From: an uncultured delta proteobacterium
GTDB taxonomy: Bacteria; Desulfobacterota; Binatia; Binatales; Binataceae
Assembly: GCA_963808235.1 (NCBI GenBank)
Contig: CAWEEQ010000004.1
Location: forward strand, 3,360,001-3,424,000
DNA: 64,000 bases
Direction of reading: 5' to 3'
The position numbers were made by a program, and so were the translations under genes. Shown in pieces: positions 19,717 to 30,629 of this stretch (the first letter of the stretch is position 1; each line of letters starts with the position of its first letter). The notes under the pieces were generated by a model. The model searched no databases. It was given only the letters and a program-made list of their open reading frames with translations, and was not told the DNA's origin.

Positions 19717-20493
19717 ATGTTTCGATTAGACGGAAAGACCGCGATCGTCACCGGCGCCGGCTCGGGAATCGGCCTTGCGATCGCGTCGACGTTCGCACAA
19801 AACGGCGCGCGCGTGTTCGCTCTTGATCGCGATCTCAAAGCGGCCAGCGCCGCCGTCGAGACTATTCGCGCGGCTGGCGGCGCGGCGTCGGCGCTGGAAT
19901 GCGACGTCGCCGTCGCGGCCTCGGTGCTATCAGCCTTCGCGCGGATCGATTCCGATCGCGACGCGCCGCGCATCGACATCCTCGTTAACAACGCGGGCAT
20001 CGCTCATATCGGCACCGTCGAGAGCACTTCTGAAGACGACCTCGACCGAATCTACGCGGTCAATGTGAAGGGAATCTTTTTGTGCTCTCAGGCCGCAGTG
20101 CGCAGGATGCTCAAGACCGGCGGCGGCGTAATCCTCAACATGGCGTCGATCGCGTCGCTCATCGGCCTCACCGACCGCTTCGCGTACTCGATGAGCAAGG
20201 GCGCGGTGCTGACGATGACCCGATCGATCGCGGTCGACTACGTCAAGCGCGGCATCCGATGCAATTGCATCTGTCCGGCGCGAGTTCACACTCCATTCGT
20301 GGACGGCTATTTGCGCACGACCTATCCGGGCCGCGAAGCGGAGATGTTCCGCCAACTGTCGGAGTATCAGCCGCTCGGCAGGATGGGCACGCCCGAGGAA
20401 GTCGCGGCGCTCGCGCTCTACCTGTGCTCGGACGAAGCGTCGTTCATCACCGGGCAGGCGTATCCAATCGACGGCGGCGTGCTCGCATTCTGA
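19717..20493 (+). CDS. SDR oxidoreductase, probable 2-keto-3-deoxy-L-fuconate dehydrogenase
   Basis: Motifs TGAGSGIG, NNAG, YSMSK and CICPAR.HTPFVD; clustered with a mutarotase and fuconate dehydratase. Confidence 0.75.
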   Translation: MFRLDGKTAIVTGAGSGIGLAIASTFAQNGARVFALDRDLKAASAAVETIRAAGGAASALECDVAVAASVLSAFARIDSDRDAPRIDILVNNAGIAHIGTVESTSEDDLDRIYAVNVKGIFLCSQAAVRRMLKTGGGVILNMASIASLIGLTDRFAYSMSKGAVLTMTRSIAVDYVKRGIRCNCICPARVHTPFVDGYLRTTYPGREAEMFRQLSEYQPLGRMGTPEEVAALALYLCSDEASFITGQAYPIDGGVLAF

Positions 20494-20503
20494 CCGTGAA
20501 AAA

Positions 20504-20836
20504 ATGAAACAGTACGGCCGCACGATCAATCTGAAAGACGATCCGAAGACGATCGAGCGCTACCTCGAACATCATCGCGCGATCTGGCCCGAGGTCGAGC
20601 GCGGGCTGAAGTCAATCGGCATCCAGCGGATGCTCATCTACAAGCTCGGCCGCCAGCTCTTCATGTTCATGGAGACGATCGACGAATTCGATCCCGAGCG
20701 CGACTTCGCCCGCTACGAGACGGCCGATCCGCGCAATCGCGAATGGCAGGCGTTGATGGCCTCGATGCAGGAGCCTGTTCCCGGCGCGCAACCCGGCGAA
20801 TGGTGGGCCGAAATGAAGCTGGTCTTCGAGCTCTGA
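20504..20836 (+). CDS. L-rhamnose/L-fucose mutarotase (RhaM/YiiL family)
   Basis: Motifs LKDDP..I..Y..HH..IWPEV, LFM.ME and W..M..VF.L. Confidence 0.88.
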   Translation: MKQYGRTINLKDDPKTIERYLEHHRAIWPEVERGLKSIGIQRMLIYKLGRQLFMFMETIDEFDPERDFARYETADPRNREWQALMASMQEPVPGAQPGEWWAEMKLVFEL

Positions 20837-20844
20837 CGCGCTTT

Positions 20845-22146
20845 CTACTTCTTCCACTCGCAGCCGGTGGGGAATTCAAAGGCGTCGAGCGATTCGGGGA
20901 GCATCTCGATGCTGAATCCCGGCGCGGTTGGCGCGATGTACCTGGCGCCGCGCACAACTACCGGATCTTTGAAGTGCTCGTGCAGATGATCTGCGAACTC
21001 GATCATCCGGTTCTCGAGACTACCGCTCACGCAGATGTAATCGATCAGCGAGACGTGCTGTGCGTATTCGCATAGCCCGATTCCACCCGCATGTGGGCAG
21101 ACCGGAACTCCGAACTTCGCCGCCATCAGCAGGACCGCGAGCGCTTCGTTCAGTCCGCCGAGACGGCAATTGTCGAACTGGCAGAAGTCGATTGCACCAG
21201 CCTGCATCAACTGTTTGAACATCACGCGATTGGCCGCGTGCTCGCCGGTCGCAACTCCAATCGGAGCAATCGCGCGGCGAATCGTGGCGTGACCGAGAAT
21301 ATCGTCGGGGCTGGTCGGCTCCTCGATCCACAGCGGCTTGAAGCGCGCGAGCGGACGCATGAACTCGATCGCCTCGCCGACGTCCCACGCCTGGTTCGCG
21401 TCCATCATCATCGTCGCGTCGGGACCGATCTCCTCGCGCACCAGTTCAGCGCGATGCACGTTAGCAGCCGAGTCGCGCCCGACCTTGATCTTGAACTTCG
21501 TCCATCCTAGCGCGAGCGATTCGCGACAGAGCCGCCGCACTTTGTCATCCGGATATCCCATCCATCCCGCCGACGTGATGTAGGCCGGGTAACCCTCTTT
21601 TCGGATCTGTGCTTCGCGCGCTGCGCGGGTGTCCAATTTGTTGCGCAAAATCTCGAGCGCCTCGTCGCGGGTGAGTGCGTCGGTGATATAACGAAAATCG
21701 ACGCACGCAACGATTTGCTCGGGAGTCATGTCGGCGACCAGCTTCCATACCGGCTTGCGCTCGACCTTTGCATACAAGTCCCAGACCGCATTGACGATCG
21801 CCGCCGTCGCTAGATGAATCGCGCCCTTCTCCGGACCGATCCACCGGAGCTGGCTTTCGTGAACGAGCCGATCCCAGAACGCGCCCATATCGGCAACGAT
21901 CGATTCCAGCGTCGAGCCCACCACCAAATGCTGCAGTGCGCGCACGGCCGCGACTACAACTTCGTTGCCGCGCCCGAGCGTGAAGGTCATTCCGTGCCCT
22001 TCGAGATTGTCGCGCGCGTCGGTCGTCAGCACGACGTAGGTCGCGGAATAATCGGGATCGGTATGCATCGCGTCCGAGCCGGCCAGCGTTCTCGAGGTCG
22101 GTGTTCGGATGTCGCGGACCGAGAGTCCCGATATTGTTCGCGCCAT
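20845..22146 (-). CDS. fucD: L-fuconate dehydratase (enolase superfamily)
   Basis: Motifs GSDAMH.DPDYS, QLRWIGPEKG, K.KVG, DANQ.W, WIEEPTSPDD and PVCPHAGG.GLCE. Confidence 0.93.
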   Translation of the reverse strand: MARTISGLSVRDIRTPTSRTLAGSDAMHTDPDYSATYVVLTTDARDNLEGHGMTFTLGRGNEVVVAAVRALQHLVVGSTLESIVADMGAFWDRLVHESQLRWIGPEKGAIHLATAAIVNAVWDLYAKVERKPVWKLVADMTPEQIVACVDFRYITDALTRDEALEILRNKLDTRAAREAQIRKEGYPAYITSAGWMGYPDDKVRRLCRESLALGWTKFKIKVGRDSAANVHRAELVREEIGPDATMMMDANQAWDVGEAIEFMRPLARFKPLWIEEPTSPDDILGHATIRRAIAPIGVATGEHAANRVMFKQLMQAGAIDFCQFDNCRLGGLNEALAVLLMAAKFGVPVCPHAGGIGLCEYAQHVSLIDYICVSGSLENRMIEFADHLHEHFKDPVVVRGARYIAPTAPGFSIEMLPESLDAFEFPTGCEWKK

Positions 22147-22223
22147 GATCGCTTACCCTCGACGGCATGGTAGCATCGCGCGACTGGCGATGACGACCGA
22201 ATCGCGAATAGCCTCCGACTGAT

Positions 22224-23303
22224 GTGCGCCAAACTGATCTGCGCCAGACTGATCTGCGCCAGACATGGCCGCGTCCGTCGGCGCCGAAACCGATCGTCGT
22301 GATCGGCGCCGGCAGTATCGTTCGCGACGCGCATCTGCCGACCTACAAACGGCTCGGATTTCCAGTGGCCGGAATTTTCGACGTCAATCCCGAGGCCAGC
22401 CGCGACAAGGCTCGGGCGTTCGCGATCGCGCACGTGTACGGATCGATCGATGAAGCCGCGGCGACCAGAGATGCGATCTTCGATGTCGCGATCCCGCCCG
22501 AAAATATCGCCGCTGTTCTGGAACGATTGCCGCGCGGCGCCGCCGTATTGATTCAAAAGCCGATGGGCCGCGATCTCGCCGACGCGCGCCGTATCCTCTC
22601 TATATGCCGTGAGCGCAGGCTCGTTGCCGCGATGAATTTTCAGCTCCGCTTCGCGCCCAACATGCTCGCGCTCAAGGACGCCCTCGCACGCGGCATCCTC
22701 GGCGAGGTGCTCGACGCTGAAGTGCGCCTCAATCTCCATACGCCGTGGAATTATTGGGCGTTCCTCAAGGGCGTACCGCGGCTCGAGGTTTTGCTGCATT
22801 CGATTCACTATCTCGATTTGATTCGCTCGATGGTCGGCGAGCCGCGCGGCGTTTATTGCAAAGGCGTGCGGCATCCCGCGATGCCCGATTATCCCGACGT
22901 CCGCACCAGCATCATTCTCGACTATGGCGATACGATCCGATGCAGTCTTACGATGAATCATGCGCATACGTTCGGCCCGCGCTTTGGCATGTCGCAGTTG
23001 AAGTTGGAGGGCACTTTGGGCGCCGCGATCGCGAAGATGGGAGTGAATCTGAATTATCCGGAGGGCGAACCGGACACGCTCGAGATCGCGCGTACAGATT
23101 CGCATTGGAGCACGGTTGCGCTTCGCGGCTCGTGGTTCCTCGAGGCTTTCGAAGGCCCGATGTCGAATCTGCAGAGGTTCGTGGCCGGTGAGGATGCTAA
23201 ACTGGTCTCGAGCGTCGAAGACGCAATCCGCACGATGGCGGTGGTCGAGGCGTGCTACGAATCGAGCGTGCACGGCGCAACCCCGATACAATCGATCGAG
23301 TAG
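22224..23303 (+). CDS. Gfo/Idh/MocA family sugar oxidoreductase
   Basis: Motifs IGAG.IV.DAHLP.Y, QKPMG, NFQLRF.P and HSIHYLD; start uncertain. Confidence 0.87.
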   Translation: MRQTDLRQTDLRQTWPRPSAPKPIVVIGAGSIVRDAHLPTYKRLGFPVAGIFDVNPEASRDKARAFAIAHVYGSIDEAAATRDAIFDVAIPPENIAAVLERLPRGAAVLIQKPMGRDLADARRILSICRERRLVAAMNFQLRFAPNMLALKDALARGILGEVLDAEVRLNLHTPWNYWAFLKGVPRLEVLLHSIHYLDLIRSMVGEPRGVYCKGVRHPAMPDYPDVRTSIILDYGDTIRCSLTMNHAHTFGPRFGMSQLKLEGTLGAAIAKMGVNLNYPEGEPDTLEIARTDSHWSTVALRGSWFLEAFEGPMSNLQRFVAGEDAKLVSSVEDAIRTMAVVEACYESSVHGATPIQSIE

Positions 23304-23330
23304 TAATCTTCGCGGAGGTTCTTGACCGCC

Positions 23331-24014
23331 ATGAGCTCAGACCGCGTCGTTTTTTTGTTTGACGTTGATAACACCCTGATCGACAACGATCACATCGTCG
23401 CCGACATGAAGAGCAACCTGGAGCGCGACATCGGCAACGATCAGCAACAGCGCTACTGGGACTACTTCGAAGAGTTACGCACTGAACTCGGTTACGCTGA
23501 CTATCTCGGCGCGCTGCAGCGCTACCGGGTCAAACATCCGCGCGACTTCGGAATCATCGCGGTGTCGTACTTCCTGATGAACTACCATTTCGCAAACCGC
23601 CTGTTCCCCCGCGCGCTCGACGTGATCGAAAAATACCAACGATATGGCGAGACGACGATCCTCTCCGATGGAGACATGGTCTTTCAGCCGCTCAAGGTCG
23701 AGCGGTCGGGGCTGCGCGAAGCCGTCGATGAAAAGGTGATGATTTACATCCACAAGGAACAGGAACTCGACGACGTTGCGGCGCGCTACCCGGCCGATCA
23801 CTACGTGCTGATCGATGACAAGGTGCGGATTCTCGACGCGGTGAAAAAAGCCTGGGGCAATCGCGTGACCACAGTATTCCCCCGCCAGGGACACTACGCA
23901 GCCGACGCAAAGGAAGTCGCCAAATACCCAACCCCCGACGTAACCGTGGATCGGATCGATCAGTTACTCGAATACGATCTCGCGCGTCTGCGCGCGGCTA
24001 CCAAGCCCGGCTGA
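23331..24014 (+). CDS. HAD-superfamily hydrolase
   Basis: Motifs FDVDNTL, SDGD..FQP.K and IDDK. Confidence 0.85.
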   Translation: MSSDRVVFLFDVDNTLIDNDHIVADMKSNLERDIGNDQQQRYWDYFEELRTELGYADYLGALQRYRVKHPRDFGIIAVSYFLMNYHFANRLFPRALDVIEKYQRYGETTILSDGDMVFQPLKVERSGLREAVDEKVMIYIHKEQELDDVAARYPADHYVLIDDKVRILDAVKKAWGNRVTTVFPRQGHYAADAKEVAKYPTPDVTVDRIDQLLEYDLARLRAATKPG

Positions 24015-24027
24015 GACGCGGACTCGA

Positions 24028-24726
24028 TCACGCGAGATCGAAAAAGAGCACTTCGGCCGGTGACTCCGCGACGATGCTCACTTTCGATTCCTCGCTGATA
24101 GCGGCGCCGTCGCCCTCGGCAAGCGGTTTCGCATTGATCGCGAGTGCGCCGCGCGCCACCTGGATCCATCCGTGTCGTCCCGATTTCAGATCGACGCCGA
24201 CACTCTGCCCGCGCTCGAGCTTCGCGACCGACAAGGCCGCATCCTGATGAATCTTCACCGACTTGCCGCGCCCGTCGCGCGTTGCGATCGGTACGAATGC
24301 TTCCCGCGCCTTGCCAATCTCGATCTCCCGCTGTTCATATCCGGGCGCTATCCCGCGCTGCGACGGCACGATCCAGATTTGTAGGAAATGAACCGGCTCC
24401 GACTTAGAGTGATTGAACTCGCTGTGCGTGATTCCCGCGCCTGCGCTCATCCGCTGCACTTCGCCCGGCCGGATGATCGATCCATTGCCGAGACTATCCT
24501 TATGCTCCAGCGCGCCTTCCAGAACGTAGGTGATGATCTCCATGTCGCGATGACCGTGGGTCGGGAATCCTCCGCCGGCGCGAACCCGGTCCTCGTTGAT
24601 CACGCGGAGCGTGCTGAACCCCATCTCTGCGGGGTCGTAGTATTCGCCGAATGAAAACGTGTGCCGGCTGTCGAGCCAGTCGATCTTCGTGCGTCCACGC
24701 TCGGCCGACTTGCGGATGGTAATCAT
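24028..24726 (-). CDS. pirin family protein (YhhW-like)
   Basis: Motifs WLDSRHTFSF, GF.THGHRDMEI, MSAG.GI.HSE.N and LQIWI. Confidence 0.95.
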   Translation of the reverse strand: MITIRKSAERGRTKIDWLDSRHTFSFGEYYDPAEMGFSTLRVINEDRVRAGGGFPTHGHRDMEIITYVLEGALEHKDSLGNGSIIRPGEVQRMSAGAGITHSEFNHSKSEPVHFLQIWIVPSQRGIAPGYEQREIEIGKAREAFVPIATRDGRGKSVKIHQDAALSVAKLERGQSVGVDLKSGRHGWIQVARGALAINAKPLAEGDGAAISEESKVSIVAESPAEVLFFDLA

Positions 24727-24777
24727 TTGATCCTCCTTCGCGGCGGGACGACCATGAATCTTTGCGCAGATCTCTGC

Positions 24778-26037
24778 TCAGGCCGCCGCGGCTGCGGGAT
24801 TCATCTTCATGCGGATCGGCATGTGCTTTATTCCGCCGACAAAACTCGAACGCAAACGCTCCATCGAGCCTGCCAATTCCGCGTGATCCAATCGCTGCGC
24901 CAGTTGGCTGAAAATCACCTTCAGCTCCAGCCGCGCAAGGTTGGCGCCCAAACAAAAGTGCTCGCCGATACCGAATGCGACGTGCGGGTTCGGGTTGCGG
25001 CTGATGTTGAACTCGAACGGCCGCTCGAAAACTTCCTCGTCGCGATTGCCCGATGGATAAAACAGGCACACCGACTCACCGGCGCGAATCTTCTGCCCGC
25101 GAACCTCGGTATCCGCGCTCGCGGTCCGCGCGAACTGAATGACCGGCGTCGTCCAGCGGACGATTTCCTCGACCGCCGAATCGATCAGCGCCGGATTGCG
25201 CCGTAGCTTCTGCCACTCGCCGGGATTTTCGATGAACGCCTGCAATCCGCCGGTGGTCGCGTTGCGAGTCGTCTCATTGCCGGCCACGACCAGCAGGAAA
25301 TAGTACGAGAGCATCTCGAACTGCGGGATCGATTCACCTTTGATCTTCGCGTTGGCGACGATACTGGTTATGTCGTTGGTCGGATGCTTCATCCGCGACA
25401 CCACCATGTCGCTGAAATACTGGAACAGGCCGAGCCGCGCGCGATCCATGGTTTCCTGAGCGCTGGTCCCCTGCTGAAATTCCGGGTCGCCGCTGCCAAT
25501 CGTCTCGTTGGTCCATTGGAAGAGCTGATCCCAGTCCTGGTGCGGCACGCCGAGCAACTCCGCGATCACCGCCAGCGGAATCTTCGACGATACCTCGGTG
25601 ACGAAGTCGCATTCGGCGCGACCGGTCACGTCGTCGAGCACCTTGCGGGTGATCTTTTCAATTTCCGGTTGCAGCGGACGCACCCCGCGCGGGGTGAAAT
25701 GGCGGCTCACGACCACGCGATATTCGCCATGATCGGGCGGATCCATGTCGAGCAGATGACGGAACGGGGGCGTAGGATTCTCATCCATTCCCGATTCGTT
25801 GACGAACACGAGCAAACGCGGGCCGTTCAGAAACAGATTCGGCTGCTTGGAAATCTGAATGATGTCGGCGTGTTTGGTGATCGCCCAAAACGGATCCGTC
25901 TTCGGATGCTCGCACCACCAGACCGGCTTGTGCTTGCGCAGAAAAGCCCACTCCTTGTGCGGATATCCGTTTTGCGCGTAATGCTCCGGGCCAATTATGT
26001 TGAGCGTTTCGAGTGAGAGTTCCTGCTCTGTGGACAT
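24778..26037 (-). CDS. cytochrome P450 (CYP124/125/142-like)
   Basis: I-helix AGNETTRN, EIVR (ExxR) and heme motif FGIGEHFCLG. Confidence 0.96.
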   Translation of the reverse strand: MSTEQELSLETLNIIGPEHYAQNGYPHKEWAFLRKHKPVWWCEHPKTDPFWAITKHADIIQISKQPNLFLNGPRLLVFVNESGMDENPTPPFRHLLDMDPPDHGEYRVVVSRHFTPRGVRPLQPEIEKITRKVLDDVTGRAECDFVTEVSSKIPLAVIAELLGVPHQDWDQLFQWTNETIGSGDPEFQQGTSAQETMDRARLGLFQYFSDMVVSRMKHPTNDITSIVANAKIKGESIPQFEMLSYYFLLVVAGNETTRNATTGGLQAFIENPGEWQKLRRNPALIDSAVEEIVRWTTPVIQFARTASADTEVRGQKIRAGESVCLFYPSGNRDEEVFERPFEFNISRNPNPHVAFGIGEHFCLGANLARLELKVIFSQLAQRLDHAELAGSMERLRSSFVGGIKHMPIRMKMNPAAAAA

Positions 26038-26170
26038 TGATGGCTGTCTCCGCGATCTTGAGAAAACTTGTCGGGTCCTTGTTGTACCTTAGATTGCCGC
26101 CGTGATTGTCGCCAATCCCGTGAAACGAGTCATCAGGTCAAAGCGGCCTCAATTTTTCAGGCGCGAACCT

Positions 26171-26362
26171 CTAGTCACTAACGGTAATCGCCTGCCGAGG
26201 GCATAACCTCGCCGCCAGCTTGATCTTCTCGCGCATCCGCTCCGGTGGATTCGCGATGAGCACCCGGCTCTTGTCGTCGTCGCCCACCTCGAACTCCTCC
26301 GGCGCCGCCTCCTGGCATCGCATGTTTCCCTCGCAGAGCTGCTGATCGACAACCACTTTCAT
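26171..26362 (-). CDS. [3Fe-4S] ferredoxin, probable P450 redox partner
   Basis: Motif CEGNMRC...CP.QAI (CxxNxxC...CP). Confidence 0.9.
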   Translation of the reverse strand: MKVVVDQQLCEGNMRCQEAAPEEFEVGDDDKSRVLIANPPERMREKIKLAARLCPRQAITVSD

Positions 26363-26703
26363 CGGACTCTCCTTGCTGCGCTCTTGACGGATCACGTCGA
26401 TCATATAAGAGGAGGACTCAAACGACCAGATTTCGCGTTCCGATGCGCGGACGTCATTCTTCGTGTTCGATGAATCAGTTTTTTCTTCGACGCGATCCGC
26501 GATCGATCGCGACTTGCTTCGATTCGCTTCATACCGCGACTCGAGATCGAATCGCGCGCCGTGTATACACCACTCGTAGTCATCATAACTAAGACTTAGT
26601 GCTATCTTAGTTCCCTGGAGCACACGCGCGTTCGCGTGAATCCTTGCGCTCAGGTGGTTCTTCCTGCGATACCGGAAGCTGCTTCGGATGCCGGGGGTTT
26701 TTT

Positions 26704-28410
26704 ATGGCGTATGATCTGATTATCAAGAACGGCACGGTTATCGATGGCACCGGCTCTTTTCGTCGCCGCGCCGATGTCGCTGTCAGCAACGGAACCGTCG
26801 CGGAGATCGGAAGAATCACCGACGGCGCCGCCAAAACTATCGACGCCTCCGACTTGATCGTCGCGCCAGGCTTCGTCGATCCACATACTCACTACGATGC
26901 GCAGATCTGCTGGGACCCATTAGTCAGTTGCACTTCATGGCACGGGGTCACGACCGTAATGATGGGAAACTGCGGGGTGGGAATCGCTCCATGCAAGCCG
27001 GAGGTCCGCGAGGTCGCCGCATGGGACCTGGTCAACGTCGAGGCAATTCCCTTCGAGGCGCTCGCCAAGGGTGTCAGTTGGGAATGGGAAACCTTTCCGG
27101 ATTTCATGACCGCCGCCGAGCGCCGCGGGGCAGGAATCAATCTCGCTTTTCTCGCACCACTGACTCCATTTCGCCGCTACGTGCTCGGCGACGAGTCGAT
27201 GGAACGCGAGGCGCGGCCTGACGAGATCGCGCAGGTCGCGGCGCTGCTGCGCGAAGCGATCGGCGCCGGCGCATTCGGATTTTCAACCAGCACCCTGCCC
27301 CAGCATATCGGCTACCAGGGACGCCCGTTGCCGTGCCGCCTTGCGTCGCGCGATGAACTCAAGGCCTACGCGAACGTGCTCCGCGATCTTGGCCGCGGCG
27401 CAATCGAAGTCGCGCTCACCCGCCGGGCCGGGGCGGTCTCGGAGAGCGAATACGACCTGCTGCAATTTCTTCTCGACGAAAGCGAGCGCCCGGTCACCTG
27501 GCTTGGGATGGCGAGCAGGCCTGATCAGCCCGACGCAAGCGTCGATACGTTGCGAAGGCTCGAGCCCTTGATCAATCGGGGCGGCGTTCCGCAGGTGCTC
27601 TGCAAGCCGTTCGTGATCCAGATGGATCTGCGCAATCCGTTTACCTTCGCCGACATGACGATGTGGGGACCGGTGTTCAATCAACCGCCCTGCGCGCAGA
27701 AAAAGTTTTATCGCGATAGCGCATTCCGGGCCGCGTTTCGCGAGGAACTCAAAAGACCCCATCTGTTCCAGGGTCGATGGAATCGCGTCGAGGTGCTCGA
27801 AGTCACCAATCCGGTCCTCAAAGCCAACGAGGGCAGGACCGTCGCGCAGATCGCCGAGGAGCGCAACAAGGACCCGCTCGACATATTTTTTGACCTCGCG
27901 CTCGCCGACGATCTGAACATCCAATACACGATGCAGCAGTATCACGAAGCTGGAACTCGCAGGCTGGTGTCCGATTCGCGCACCATGATCGGTCTCTCCG
28001 ACGGCGGCGCGCACGTCAACATGCTCTGCGACGCGGGCTACTGCACTTATTTGCTCGGCACCTGGGTGCGCGAGCGCAGGGCGATGTCGCTCGAGCAGGC
28101 GGTCAAGCGCATCACTTCCGAACCCGCCGACTTCTTCGGAATCCGGGATCGCGGACGCCTCAAGGTCGGCCTTCCCGCCGATATCGCAATCTTCGACGAG
28201 CATCGAGTCGGCTCGGCAAAACGGCCGCGGATGCAAAACGATCTGCCTGGCGGCGGACGACGCCTCGTGATGCCCGCGGAGGGAATCGAATACACCATCG
28301 TAAACGGCGACATCCTCTACGAGCATGGATACCATTCGGGCTACCTGCCCGGCCGCGTACTCAGGTCAGGGGGCGGATTGCGGGGGAGCAATCCACCCCT
28401 GAACCTGTAG
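26704..28410 (+). CDS. N-acyl-D-amino-acid deacylase-type amidohydrolase
   Basis: Motifs PGFVDPHTHYDAQ, GNCG.G, SDGGAH and DRG.L..G..AD. Confidence 0.9.
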   Translation: MAYDLIIKNGTVIDGTGSFRRRADVAVSNGTVAEIGRITDGAAKTIDASDLIVAPGFVDPHTHYDAQICWDPLVSCTSWHGVTTVMMGNCGVGIAPCKPEVREVAAWDLVNVEAIPFEALAKGVSWEWETFPDFMTAAERRGAGINLAFLAPLTPFRRYVLGDESMEREARPDEIAQVAALLREAIGAGAFGFSTSTLPQHIGYQGRPLPCRLASRDELKAYANVLRDLGRGAIEVALTRRAGAVSESEYDLLQFLLDESERPVTWLGMASRPDQPDASVDTLRRLEPLINRGGVPQVLCKPFVIQMDLRNPFTFADMTMWGPVFNQPPCAQKKFYRDSAFRAAFREELKRPHLFQGRWNRVEVLEVTNPVLKANEGRTVAQIAEERNKDPLDIFFDLALADDLNIQYTMQQYHEAGTRRLVSDSRTMIGLSDGGAHVNMLCDAGYCTYLLGTWVRERRAMSLEQAVKRITSEPADFFGIRDRGRLKVGLPADIAIFDEHRVGSAKRPRMQNDLPGGGRRLVMPAEGIEYTIVNGDILYEHGYHSGYLPGRVLRSGGGLRGSNPPLNL

Positions 28411-28560
28411 CGGTTCAGCAGACACAGATCTCCTCTTCGCCTCGCCCTGACAGTATCGGGGCGAGGCATCCGCTCGCCACGCGCGGCATTCCAAACGCCA
28501 GGCTGCCCTGCCGTCTGGTATCCGCTCCATCGCGCGATCATTTCTGGCATCCTCTACTCG

Positions 28561-30595
28561 ATGATCACCTTCCTCCAGAAAATCGCTATCCTGATCTTCG
28601 CGATCGCAATGGTTACCCCAATTTCGCCGTCGGCCGCCCGAGCCCAACTGCCGCCGCTAATCCCGCGCGAGGTGCTGCTCGGCAACCCCGAACGCACCAG
28701 CCCAACTATCTCGCCCGACGGCAAGCAGCTCGGATGGCTCGCGCCCGACAGTCACGACGTCCTGCAGGTGTGGGTTCAGACGCTCGGAAAAAACGACTTG
28801 CGCGCAGTCACCGCTGAAAAAAGCCGCGGCATCTCGAGCTACGGATGGGCCTTCGATTCAAAAACTATCATCTATGCGCAAGACGCCGCGGGCGACGAGA
28901 ACTTTCATCTCTTCGCCGTCGATTTGAACGCAAATAGCATTCGCGATCTCACTCCGTGGCAAGGCGTACGCGCTGAGTCGGTCGCTTCGAATCCGAAATT
29001 TCCCGGGCAGCTCATGGTCGCGCTCAATCTCCGCGATCGCAAACTGATGGACGTGTATCGAATCGATCTCGCGACCGGCGCAGTTCAGCTCGATACTAAA
29101 AATCCCGGCGATGTCGCCGGATGGCTCGCCGATGACAACATGGTCATCCGCGCCGCCACCGTGACGACCCAGGACGGTGGCACCGAACTCCGCCTGCGCG
29201 ACAGCGCCACCGCGCCGTGGCAGAGCCTGATCAAGGCGTCGAAGGAGGACAACCTCGTAGCGCTCGACTTCAGCCGCGACGGACGCTCGCTCGTTTTCGG
29301 CTCTTCGATCGGCAGAGATACCATCGCGCTCGTGAGCCGTCAGCTCGGGTCCGGGAACGAAACCGTGATCGCTCACAGTGACGAGGCGGATTTGAGCGAC
29401 GCGATCATCCATCCGACCCGTCATGTGGTCCAGGCTGCCGCATTCGATCCCGGCCGCCAGCATTGGACGGTTGTCGATCCGTCGATTCAAGACGACTTCG
29501 ACGCGATCGCGAAAATCACCGACGGAGATTTCCACATCGTCGATCGCGACCTCGCCGACAAGACCTGGCTGGTCTCTTTCGACAGCGATCGCGCGCCGAC
29601 GCGCTTCTACTCCTGGAACCGGGCCGCGAAGAAAGCGACTTTTCTCTTCACCACCCGGTCCAAACTCGAAGGCGTCCCGCTCGCGGAAATGAAACCGATC
29701 GAGTTCAGCAGTCGCGATGGTTTAAAACTCCGGGGATACCTGACCCTTCCGGTCGGGGTGCCGGCGAAAAATTTGCCGATTGTGCTTAACGTGCACGGCG
29801 GACCATGGGCGCGCGACAGTTGGGGTTTCCGTCCCGGCGTCCAATTGCTCGCGAACCGCGGCTACGCGGTACTGCAGGTGAACTATCGCGGCTCGACGGG
29901 CTTTGGAAAAAAGTTTCTCCACGCCGGCGATCTTCAATGGGGTCTCGCGATGCAGAACGATCTCAGCGACGGCGTGAACTGGGCCATTCATCAGGGAATC
30001 GCGGACCCAAAACGCATCGCAATCGACGGCGGCTCCTATGGCGGTTACGCCGCGCTCGCGGGAGCCGCATTCACGCCCGATCTCTACCGATGCGCCATCG
30101 ACGAATGTCGGACCCTCGAATCTGTTCACCTTGCTCAAGTCATTCCCGCCGTATTGGGAGGTCCAGCGCGCGATTTTCTTCACCCGGGTTGGTGATCCCG
30201 ACAACCCAAAAGACAAGCCGCTCCTGACCCGCGCCTCGCCACTATTCGCCGCCGACAAGATTAAAATCCCGATGCTGATTGGCCAGGGCGCAAACGACCC
30301 GCGCGTCAAACAGGCCGAGGCCGAGCAGATTGTCGACGCGATCGCGAAACATCGCGGTAGCGCAATTTACGTTCTCTACTCGGACGAGGGCCACGGCTTC
30401 GCCAGGCCCGAGAACCGTCTCGATTTCATCGCGCGCACGGAAAAATTTCTCGCCGACAACCTGGGTGGCCGTTTCGAACCCATGAACCTCGATCGTGTCC
30501 CGGGCTCAACCGCAAAACTTCGCGTCAGTCAGGTCCTCCCGAAAGCCCGAGTCCCTAGATCGTCGCAACCGCTCGACCATTTACTTGTGCTATGA
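28561..30595 (+). CDS. secreted S9 family peptidase (prolyl oligopeptidase/acylaminoacyl peptidase), frameshifted near 30108
   Basis: Signal peptide; motifs HGGPW and GGSYGG. The catalytic Asp/His (GANDPRV, DEGHG) lie in the second frame. Confidence 0.88.
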
Positions 30596-30629
30596 ACTCA
30601 ACCACAACCTGCATCCAGGAGAAGTGATC

